From an uncultured Pseudomonadota bacterium (GTDB lineage Bacteria; Oederibacteriota; Muellerivitia; Muellerivitales; Muellerivitaceae), in contig CAWJKT010000008.1 in the NCBI GenBank assembly GCA_963843375.1, positions 1 to 64,000 on the forward strand: a stretch of 64,000 bases of DNA, written 5' to 3'. Position 1 is the first letter of the stretch, and each line of letters begins with the position of its first letter. Position numbers and translations under genes: made by a program. This document shows positions 31,392 to 39,964 of this stretch, one piece after another. Below the pieces are notes generated by a model, which had not been told where the DNA came from, searched no databases, and saw nothing but the letters and a program-made list of their open reading frames with translations.

Positions 31392-31877
31392 TCAGACCCT
31401 TCCGTTTTTATTTCGGACGTCCCCGCGGACACGGGCCGGGACTCCGGCTACCACCGCATAATCCGGAACATCTTTGGTCACCACCGCGCCGGCCCCAACC
31501 ATGGCTTCCTTGCCGATGGTGACCCCGCAGAGAATGACCGAACCGCTTCCCAAAGAAGCGCCTTCTTTTATCCGGGTGGGAATTACTTTCCAATCGGTTT
31601 CGGTTTGGAGCTTGTCGCCCGAGGCTGACCGGGGATAAAGATCGTTGGTGAAGAGAACGCCATGACCTACGAAAACCTTGTCCTCCAGGGTGACGCCCTC
31701 GCAAAGGAAGCTGTGACTACTGACCTTGCAAAAACGTCCGACTTTGACGCCTTTTTGGATTTCAACAAAAGCCCCGATCTTGGAATCATCCCCGATCTCA
31801 CAACCGTAAAGATTGACCAAATCCGGTTGAGGAATGAAGACGTTTTTTCCGAGTTTAACCGATGGGGCAATGGGCAT
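31392..31877 (-). CDS. Hexapeptide-repeat N-acyltransferase (WbpD-like)
   Basis: NLYGCEIG, IGAFVEIQ, FTNDLYPRS, GAGAVVTKDVP, GVPAR. Confidence 0.9.
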   Translation of the reverse strand: MPIAPSVKLGKNVFIPQPDLVNLYGCEIGDDSKIGAFVEIQKGVKVGRFCKVSSHSFLCEGVTLEDKVFVGHGVLFTNDLYPRSASGDKLQTETDWKVIPTRIKEGASLGSGSVILCGVTIGKEAMVGAGAVVTKDVPDYAVVAGVPARVRGDVRNKNGRV

Positions 31878-31975
31878 GGGCTTCCGCTTAAAAAAGGGAT
31901 TGCGAAACTCGACACTCAAAGAATATCACAAAGAAAAATTGGCTCCATGAAAAAAGACCGATCCGATCTCAGACT

Positions 31976-33037
31976 TCACCCGTTCTTGGTTTTATGAGCT
32001 GCGGCGTAGAGCAAGAGCCCGTTAACCACGAAGACCTTCTCCAAGGTAAAACCATTCTCCGCCAAAGTCCTCTTTAAACGGGCCTTGGTGAAATGATGAA
32101 TATGTCCACAACGGTACTTATGGTACAAACTGCCGCGGAAATAACCCATGTAAAGACAATTCAAGTTGAAAAGGATAAAAAAAGGTCCCAGGAAGAAATC
32201 ATAAGGAACGGTGATCAGGAAGGTCCCGTTGTCTTTTAATATGCGCCGAACCTCCGCAAGAGTTTCTGCGTGGTTAAACACATGTTCCAAAACCTCCGAC
32301 ATGAGGACAACATCAAAGCCTTTGGATTTAAGACCCGTCTTGGCCAAATCAGCCGCAACCTTGTAACCCGTCAGCCGTTTGTTTTTCTTAGCCCAATTGA
32401 GCATCTTCTCGTTGATATCAACTCCAAAAACCGGCAGACGATGGATATTCCATTTGCAATTGCCACATCCAAGATCCGCCATCTTCATACCCTTTTTAAA
32501 AAATTGCGAAACGAATTCGGTCAACCGGTCGTAACGGGAGCGGTGATACCATGCCCTGAACTTGCTAACCTTGGTTTCATCGGTCATTTCATCGTAATAA
32601 CTTTCATTCATTTCTTTATATTCCACCTCGGCCATTTTGGCCGAACTGAAAGTTGCAATGCGGTTTAAAAAAGCATTTGCCACTGCCAAGATGAAAAGAC
32701 AGGAAACCAGCCCTTCGGGCAAGGTGAAACCTCGGCTCATGAAAATCCAAAGCATTGCCGCGCTTCCCAGTGAGACCCAGAAGCCAAGGAACAAGTGCAA
32801 GGGAAAGGATGTTTTCATCCGGATTTCTTGGTTGACATAAACCACGTTGTAATAAAAGTAATGAAACGCCTGATTTAAAAATGTACCAATGAAGAAAGCG
32901 GCCAGAGCGGGCACTGAAAACTTGAGGGCCAAAAGAAAGGTGGTTCCTAAATTTAAGGCGGCCCCCAATATCCCCCCCAAGATAAAGATCAACAAAGCCG
33001 GATGACGCCACCGTTGGACGACCGCATGTTCCGGCAT
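31976..33037 (-). CDS. GtrA-like 4-TM domain fused to class I SAM methyltransferase
   Basis: N-terminal ~125 aa with four hydrophobic helices (FILGGILGAALNLG...AFFIG...FHYF); then ADLGCG, SEVLEHV, ITVP, GHIHHFT. Confidence 0.75.
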   Translation of the reverse strand: MPEHAVVQRWRHPALLIFILGGILGAALNLGTTFLLALKFSVPALAAFFIGTFLNQAFHYFYYNVVYVNQEIRMKTSFPLHLFLGFWVSLGSAAMLWIFMSRGFTLPEGLVSCLFILAVANAFLNRIATFSSAKMAEVEYKEMNESYYDEMTDETKVSKFRAWYHRSRYDRLTEFVSQFFKKGMKMADLGCGNCKWNIHRLPVFGVDINEKMLNWAKKNKRLTGYKVAADLAKTGLKSKGFDVVLMSEVLEHVFNHAETLAEVRRILKDNGTFLITVPYDFFLGPFFILFNLNCLYMGYFRGSLYHKYRCGHIHHFTKARLKRTLAENGFTLEKVFVVNGLLLYAAAHKTKNG

Positions 33038-33040
33038 GTT

Positions 33041-33850
33041 TTATCCTTTCCGAGCAACGATGAAGTAACAGACCCCCGGCTTCCCATCAGCGTTTAAGTC
33101 TTCCCTTAACCAATTCGGGGCGAACCATTTCACCGGCTGCCTGGGACCAATCACCCAGCGGCCAATGTAGGCCTTCAAAATCTTGGAGGGAAAAGCCAAT
33201 ATCATCCAACGTTCATAGGTATGAAATGCCTTCAAAGGAATAATGTATTCGGCTTTTTCCATCTTAAGCCCAGCTTTTTTCAAACGTTTTTTCCAAGTTT
33301 CGGCGTCATCCACGTGAAAATGTTTAAAGATTTTGTTCAAATTATCGACATACCACTTTCCAACCCCAGGAAGCCCTACTTTTGAGAGCAAACCACGGAT
33401 GAATGAATCGTTGCTAAAGCACTCGCTGGGAACCGTGATCATCAGGCGGCCCTTTGGTTTTAAAACCCTGTGAATCTCCCTTAAGGCTCCGTCAATATCT
33501 GGAATGTGCTCCAGTACGCAATTACTTATGACCGTCTTAAAGGAATTCTTGGGGAAGGGCATGTCTGTAGCGCTGGCACAAAGAGCCTTTTTATAACTTT
33601 TACTTTCAACCGCTCTTTTTACTTCCTTGGGATCCAAATCAATCCCCACTTCCAAATTACCGCCAAAAGCAACCTTCGTCATGAAGCCGTCACCGCAGCC
33701 CACATCTAAAACAGGATGTTCCAACTTCTCTTTGGAGAATCGATGGCATTCCATCGAACGCCAAAAAGCCAAGGCAATGGGTGTTTTTTCCAGGTATTGG
33801 CGAAAAAACTCTTCGCGACTCATTGGATCGATTTTCAAATGCTTCTCCAT
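33041..33850 (-). CDS. Class I SAM-dependent methyltransferase
   Basis: VLDVGCGDG, SNCVLEHIPD, RVLKPKG, ITVPS. Confidence 0.88.
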   Translation of the reverse strand: MEKHLKIDPMSREEFFRQYLEKTPIALAFWRSMECHRFSKEKLEHPVLDVGCGDGFMTKVAFGGNLEVGIDLDPKEVKRAVESKSYKKALCASATDMPFPKNSFKTVISNCVLEHIPDIDGALREIHRVLKPKGRLMITVPSECFSNDSFIRGLLSKVGLPGVGKWYVDNLNKIFKHFHVDDAETWKKRLKKAGLKMEKAEYIIPLKAFHTYERWMILAFPSKILKAYIGRWVIGPRQPVKWFAPNWLREDLNADGKPGVCYFIVARKG

Positions 33851-34154
33851 GAAAGATTTTGTTTATAACAGTTTTATGAAAATACTTTTTAAGCAACCTG
33901 TTAAAAGCATCTTAGTTTACCAGTAAAGAGTCTTTTCTGGATTGCCAACTTTAAAATCTATTAAAAAGCTCAACATAATTAACACCTCCCCGGCTCATTC
34001 ATAATCGGCAAGTCCTTTTTTCGGTTTACCCCCGAAGAATATCAACACCGAATCAAAACCCAAACGACAAGTCGTGAAGCCCTCTCCTTTGATATTGAAA
34101 AGGGGGGAAATTGGCCATGGTGCCCAAAGACTTAAACCAAAAAACTTAATGTGA

Positions 34155-34182
34155 TTGACCTTCTAAAACTGAATCGTAAAAT
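34155..34182 (+). promoter_or_regulatory. Putative sigma70 promoter upstream of NHL gene
   Basis: TTGACC-16 nt-TAAAAT, about 195 nt before ATG 34377. Confidence 0.35.
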
Positions 34183-34376
34183 CATGTTTGAGAATATTCG
34201 TTTAAGTCTTAGTCAAAATGATCCAGTGGTTGAGAACTAAAACTCGAATGGGGGGCTAAAGTTCATTTACCGCAAGCTCCAAAACTGCATTAATATACCA
34301 GCAAAGATTTTAACGTTATAATTATGAAAATGAATCAACCTAAAATTTTTTAATTCGGGATCTCACGGGAGGGTTT

Positions 34377-35402
34377 ATGTCGTCGTCGAAAAACACCAAC
34401 ACCGGCCAGGAAAATTCGGGAGATTCTAACCGGCAACCAGCGGCCATGCCGCTTCAAAGAAAGACCCCGGCATCAGGCCGAGGCAAAATCCTCATCTTGA
34501 TTTTGATCGCTCTCGTGTTGATTGCAGGCGTTGCGGAAAGCTTGAATTTTTTCCTGTGGAAAACCCCTAAAGATTTTAAAGTCAAATTCCTTGTTACCTT
34601 TCGCGGAGATAACAACAAGTGCGGCTCATTTAACTCATGGGGTGTGGGACCCGTCGGGAAAGACAAAGTTATGGTGGTGGACCAAGCGCACAACCGCATT
34701 TTGATTTTCGATCGAAAAGGTACCTTCTTAAAGAGTTGGGGAAAACTCGGATCGGGACCATTGGGCTTTCATGCCCCCACTGGAATGGTTTCGGACAGCA
34801 AAGGGATCGGCTACGTGATCGACTCCTGGAACAGTGCCATCAAAGGTTATGACGAAAATGGAAAACCGGTGTTTAATCTTGATTTAGGAGACAAAAGCCT
34901 TTACGGCCCCCGCGGAATTGGCTTTGACGGGAAGAATTTCCTCGTGGCCGATACGGGTAACCATCGAATCCTTTTAATCTCCCCCGATGGCCATAATGCC
35001 GTTTATTGGGGAACAAAAGGTACAGAAGAAGGTCAATTCGATGAACCCGGTGATGTCGTTTCAGACGGAAAAGGGAATTATTTTGTGGCTGATACACTCA
35101 ACAACCGCGTCCAATGGTTGGATCAAGATGGAAAGGTGGTCAAAGTCTTTAAGCTTGAAAATAATGTAGCGGTTTTAACCCTGGATCGGTATGGAAGACT
35201 TTATGTATCGGGAACCACAAAAGAAGGAGCCAGTTGCGTAAAAGTTTACAGTCTTCAAAACGGTTATTTAGGTGAACTTAAGGACGAAAACGGCTCTGTG
35301 GTTTCGGTAGACCGAGGGATGGCTGTTAGTTCGGATGATGTTTTAATGATTGCAGACAGTGACCGCATTAATTTGTACCAGTTACCTTCCGCTGCCCCTT
35401 GA
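34377..35402 (+). CDS. Membrane-anchored NHL-repeat protein, close paralog of 23864-24889
   Basis: Same length (341 aa) and long identical blocks (WNSAIKGYDENGK, NLDLGDK, LYGPRGIG, VVSDG.GNYFVADT, RVQWLDQDGKV). Confidence 0.88.
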   Translation: MSSSKNTNTGQENSGDSNRQPAAMPLQRKTPASGRGKILILILIALVLIAGVAESLNFFLWKTPKDFKVKFLVTFRGDNNKCGSFNSWGVGPVGKDKVMVVDQAHNRILIFDRKGTFLKSWGKLGSGPLGFHAPTGMVSDSKGIGYVIDSWNSAIKGYDENGKPVFNLDLGDKSLYGPRGIGFDGKNFLVADTGNHRILLISPDGHNAVYWGTKGTEEGQFDEPGDVVSDGKGNYFVADTLNNRVQWLDQDGKVVKVFKLENNVAVLTLDRYGRLYVSGTTKEGASCVKVYSLQNGYLGELKDENGSVVSVDRGMAVSSDDVLMIADSDRINLYQLPSAAP

Positions 35403-35652
35403 TGGTCAAAATTTGATCTTATCCAAAAACCTTCACCGAATCGGGTGAACCAAAAGAATAAAAGGTTCCGACCGGATGAATTTTAAAAAATTCTAAGATC
35501 TAATTCTCATTCTTAACCTCGGTTACCTCCAAATAAAATTCAATTGAAACATTGCCTTCCAAGAATCATTCCAACATTTCCATATTTCTGCACCGCCAAT
35601 TCGTTTTCAATGGAGGACGAAAACACTTACTCGATAGTTTATAGAGGGGGGA

Positions 35653-37644
35653 TTATTTTTGCGATGCCTTTTCCGGTGTCGGCCAGGGAATCAGATTTTC
35701 TTGCGGAAGTACGTGGGCCAATAACTTTCCGAAAAACATACAACCATCAGGATTTAAATGGCTACCTTCGTGGGTCAATGGGTAATAGGAAAGATGGAAG
35801 GTATTCATCGCGGGGTTCAGGTCAAAATAGGGGATATTAAACTTCTGGGCAATTTGTTTGTAAAAGTCGGGTTTATACCACGAGCCTGATTGCGGGCCCG
35901 TGTAGGTAAAGAGAAGTAACATCTTTACGGGTTTACCAAAGGATGTTTTCATGGCGGAAAGCTTTTGATTGAGAACCACCCAGGGCTTTCCCCAAAATTC
36001 CATGATCATGTCTTGCAATTTCGGATCGGTTAAGACGCTGTTGTCAAAAATAAGATTTCGACCCTCGACCTTCACCATATTATGCTCTTTGCAATAATCA
36101 TAGAATTTCCTGGGCAAACCATCCGGGATCCTCTCCAAAGGGGGTTTTAAAATATATTCCATATCCGGGGGATATTGGGGAATGCCGTCGGCAGTCAAAT
36201 TATGGTTGTAGTAATATTCAAAAGCGTTTCCGTCAAGGGTGGGACTGAATACGATCAACAAATCAATGTCATATTTCTTGGCGATCGCGGGCACATCAAT
36301 GGAAGGCCAAAAGATCAGATCTCCGTGGTGGCCAAAATTTAAAAACTCATAATTCAAGGGATTATCATCCAACGCGGCCTGGAAATTTAGTTCCCGTTCG
36401 ATTTGGGAAGTGAGACCCAATTGCTGGGAGAAATAGGGTACCCCGGTCGGGTTTAACGTTGGATGGGATTCGGTGGGAAAAGGAAAAGGATCGATTTCCG
36501 TTGTCCGGCAATCCCCCACCAGCATGATCCGATAAGTGTTTTTGGGCTTTTCGGTAGGATAATCAGGGCCGAAACTCCCAAATTGGTCCTCAAATGAAGC
36601 AATGACGTTCAAATCGGGTATGGAGTAAAAAAACCTCCTTTTGCCCGAAGGATCAGGGACAAAACCAATCCATGGGCTAATCGGTGATTGGGGCTTTTCG
36701 CCGTACATATATTCGCCATAAAGTTTATCCGGAGGAATGATGTCCCCCCAAGCATTCGTAAACTCAACAGGTTCGCCACTCACGTTGCCGATGTGCTCCC
36801 ATTTCTTATCATAACAATACCGTTGGACCGGAAACCCCTCCTTTCCCAACAGGCTATAAAGGATGCCATCGCTCGAACAAATTGAATACACTTTATCAAG
36901 CGGGGTAAACGCCTCTGGGGTGATATTCGTCACCGCTTTGTTATTCCAACTCATTGAGAGAACAATTTTCAAATCCCTGTCGGCCACATATATCCTGTTT
37001 TCCTGAATCCATAGGGCACAGGGATGCGGAACTTGAACATTGTCTTTCATGACCACTGTTATTTGACCCGTAACAGTATTCAAAACATTTAAAACGCCCG
37101 CGTCAGGTTGGGTAAAAAAGATCAAATCGGTGGAAGAAAGGCAGGCAATATCCTTGATACCTTCCATCGAAACCGGTTGGCTGGCGCCTCTGGTAAAGGT
37201 TGTAACTTTTCCGGCCTTCAGATCCACAAACCGTAAAACCTTGTTCCCGAAATCATTGACTACCAAGCGGTCATTTGGAAGACAAAGCACTCCGCGGGGA
37301 TCGTTGAATTGGGCAACGGTTAAAGGCCCGTCCAAATTCCCCGCCTTATCCTGGCCAGCGAGGGTGGTGACATCATTGTTTTGGTCAAGGTGGATAACGC
37401 GAATGCGATTGTTACCCGAATCGGCAACGAATAGGCTGTTGCCATCATCGCTCACCGACAAACCCAGAGGCTGGTTAAAAAGGGCCGTATTAAAATTCCC
37501 ATCCTTAAAACCGGGAGTAAATTGGCTTCCCGCAACCACAGCCAAGGAAGAATATAATGGACGGATCCCCAGCGCTCCTGGAACGCCCAGTAAATATAGG
37601 AGCGTCATTAAAAACAGGGTCACGATGGTTTTTTGCCTTGTCAT
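35653..37644 (-). CDS. Secreted protein: N-terminal NHL repeats plus C-terminal SGNH-like domain
   Basis: Signal peptide; FNQPLGL, VADSGNNRIR, DGPLTVAQFNDPRG; KPKNTYRIMLVGDC (block I-like), EFLNFG (block II-like), GSHLNPDG (block V-like). Confidence 0.65.
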   Translation of the reverse strand: MTRQKTIVTLFLMTLLYLLGVPGALGIRPLYSSLAVVAGSQFTPGFKDGNFNTALFNQPLGLSVSDDGNSLFVADSGNNRIRVIHLDQNNDVTTLAGQDKAGNLDGPLTVAQFNDPRGVLCLPNDRLVVNDFGNKVLRFVDLKAGKVTTFTRGASQPVSMEGIKDIACLSSTDLIFFTQPDAGVLNVLNTVTGQITVVMKDNVQVPHPCALWIQENRIYVADRDLKIVLSMSWNNKAVTNITPEAFTPLDKVYSICSSDGILYSLLGKEGFPVQRYCYDKKWEHIGNVSGEPVEFTNAWGDIIPPDKLYGEYMYGEKPQSPISPWIGFVPDPSGKRRFFYSIPDLNVIASFEDQFGSFGPDYPTEKPKNTYRIMLVGDCRTTEIDPFPFPTESHPTLNPTGVPYFSQQLGLTSQIERELNFQAALDDNPLNYEFLNFGHHGDLIFWPSIDVPAIAKKYDIDLLIVFSPTLDGNAFEYYYNHNLTADGIPQYPPDMEYILKPPLERIPDGLPRKFYDYCKEHNMVKVEGRNLIFDNSVLTDPKLQDMIMEFWGKPWVVLNQKLSAMKTSFGKPVKMLLLFTYTGPQSGSWYKPDFYKQIAQKFNIPYFDLNPAMNTFHLSYYPLTHEGSHLNPDGCMFFGKLLAHVLPQENLIPWPTPEKASQK

Positions 37645-37989
37645 TAAATACCTTTGTCGAGCTACATATATAAAAATTTCATAGGCACTTCCTTAAAAAA
37701 TATAATACAAACAAAGTTGAGCTTCAGCCAAGTTGAAAAACTAACTTTTTGATTGTTTCAAAACGGGGAAAGATCGGTATTTGAGTCGAGATGCGGTTGA
37801 AAATTAAAATTTTTTTAAGATCGCACTTGCAGTAATACTTGGAAATCCGGAAGGTTCACACCTACCATACGGCCCTTGCTTGAAGTCCTCGCACGATCGA
37901 GTAAGGAAAACCAAGTTTCTCAATGAAAGCCCAAGAGATTTCCGAGATTACAAAAAAGGCTCTCGGGTTGGACCCGTACCCTGGTGCTA

Positions 37990-39879
37990 TCAATGTTTCT
38001 TAACCTTCGGCTTCTTACCCAGTTTGTGCCAAATCCCATAAGCTAGAAAACCCGCGCAAGTGGCAAAAGCTTCCCCAGTAATGACATCGCCGCTATTCTC
38101 ATCCACCGATTCGCAAGCGATGCCGTTGTCCATTTTGGCGTTTTTAAGAAATCTCAAAGCCCTTTCCTTTTGCTCTGCCAGCAAACTGTTCACTGAGGCT
38201 AAAACCCAGGGATGAGGGGCGTGGGTGCAGCCCACTTCCTCAAAAGGCTTACCCGTGAAGGAATAAGGATAATCCGTGGAGTAAATCCAATCCCGGCTTC
38301 TTTTCCAGAGGGGATAGGAAAGCTTGCAAAAACCGTAATGGGGCAAAAGCAAAAGGCTGCCTGGAGGTTCATCATAAAGCATATGGCTTCCCTTCAAATC
38401 CAGGTCCACCGACCAAGAGAACATCCGGCCCTTTGGCCCCTTCACCACGCAATACCGGATTATGGCGGCTTTCACCAAACCTGCTTGACGCTGCAGGCGG
38501 TTGATTTTGACCAATAAAAGTTTATTCTTCTCCATACGGTAAATCTGGGCTAAATCCATCAGCGCCCGCCAAACAAGGACGTTGTCATAAGTCACATAGC
38601 GTTGTGGCCAGGAATCATCGGACGGCAACAGCCAAGTTTGGTAAAGTTCCTTCTTACGGTGTTTTTTGGCCGCCAATTCCTTCTCAAACCAATCCAATCT
38701 TTCCCGAACCCCCGGCTGGTTTAAAAAACCCAGATCCCGAGTCGTCTCTAGGTAATTTCTCAGGGCGATTACCGGCGCACAAAACCCATCCAATTCAAAC
38801 CCTGGTTCCAGTACTGCCCCATTCAAGTAACGGCTATGCACTCCGAAATTCTTTCCCTGTCGACCGAATACGTATCCTAAAACTTTCCGGGCCCATGCTG
38901 GATCCAAGGCCAAAATCGAGGGGAAAGACCAAAGCAGACTATCCCGGTCCCAATAGGCACCGCTCACGTAATAACGGTTGCTTCGAGAGGTCAGACAAAC
39001 CACTTCTTCCGTATCGATCGTCACACCTGTCGCGTAAAAACGGTTGAAAAAGGCGTTTACGTTCATAATAGAATCCAACTGGGGATCCTTGGTTTTGGTA
39101 ATCCGCCGTTTCTCCTCCAGCCATTTCACCGTTTGTTGTCTGAGAACCTTTCCGCCGTTCCGTTGTAATTCCCTGGCGGTGGAGAAAGCGCCGATTTCAT
39201 CCAGACCCAACCCGAAATAAAAGTAGGCCTGCCAAACCTCACTCTTTTTCACTTCCTTGGATTGAAGCCAGTGCAAGAGAAGACTCTCTTCACCCTCCAG
39301 CAAGACTTCCCGTCCCGTCGGATTCAAAGCTTGGAGGCCTTTTCGGAAGAAGAAGCGGCTACTCTTGTCGGGCGGATAAGGTGCAAAAGCAACCAGAGGG
39401 GCAGGCGAACGAAATTCGAGGGCTGGCATATCCTCCCAAGTCTTAGCCACTAAAAAGCGGTCCCCTTTGAGGGGTTTGGTTTCATTTATGCTATGAAGAA
39501 GGGTTGACCAGGATATATCCGCGGAAAGTCCGCAGTAAAAAGAGGAATCAGAACGGTTTGAAACCCTTATGGAGAGGACAAACCCTCTTTCGCCGGGCGG
39601 GCAAAAGTAAAGGCCCTCCAACTCCAGTGGCCCTTCCTTCAAATGGAACTTTGGCAGCCAGTCCCCTTCCCTTTCCCAGGTCAGGCGACCATCGAGTATT
39701 ATTTCTTCATCGTTAATCGTGATTCGGGGAGTCAAAATAGGGGTTGCACCTCCCGAAAAAGCCAGAAGGCCGTTCATTCCCATATGAAGCACATTTACCT
39801 GCTCCACTGCCCCGTCCCTTTCGCGGATAGTCGGCAGTGCCACATACTCGTTTCCAGTAGGAAAGTATTTTTCTTTCAC
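37990..39879 (-). CDS. Glycoside hydrolase family 125 (exo-alpha-1,6-mannosidase-like)
   Basis: YWDRDS, FELDGFCAP, LPSDD, YDEPPGSLLLLPHYGF, HAPHPW, CESVD, FATCAG; no signal peptide. Confidence 0.8.
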   Translation of the reverse strand: MKEKYFPTGNEYVALPTIRERDGAVEQVNVLHMGMNGLLAFSGGATPILTPRITINDEEIILDGRLTWEREGDWLPKFHLKEGPLELEGLYFCPPGERGFVLSIRVSNRSDSSFYCGLSADISWSTLLHSINETKPLKGDRFLVAKTWEDMPALEFRSPAPLVAFAPYPPDKSSRFFFRKGLQALNPTGREVLLEGEESLLLHWLQSKEVKKSEVWQAYFYFGLGLDEIGAFSTARELQRNGGKVLRQQTVKWLEEKRRITKTKDPQLDSIMNVNAFFNRFYATGVTIDTEEVVCLTSRSNRYYVSGAYWDRDSLLWSFPSILALDPAWARKVLGYVFGRQGKNFGVHSRYLNGAVLEPGFELDGFCAPVIALRNYLETTRDLGFLNQPGVRERLDWFEKELAAKKHRKKELYQTWLLPSDDSWPQRYVTYDNVLVWRALMDLAQIYRMEKNKLLLVKINRLQRQAGLVKAAIIRYCVVKGPKGRMFSWSVDLDLKGSHMLYDEPPGSLLLLPHYGFCKLSYPLWKRSRDWIYSTDYPYSFTGKPFEEVGCTHAPHPWVLASVNSLLAEQKERALRFLKNAKMDNGIACESVDENSGDVITGEAFATCAGFLAYGIWHKLGKKPKVKKH

Positions 39880-39964
39880 GAAAAAATCCTTTAAATCTTT
39901 ATAAGCTTTTATTGCCGGGAAATACGCTGAACATCATAACGATGTTTCAAAATAGTTTCTTTAC

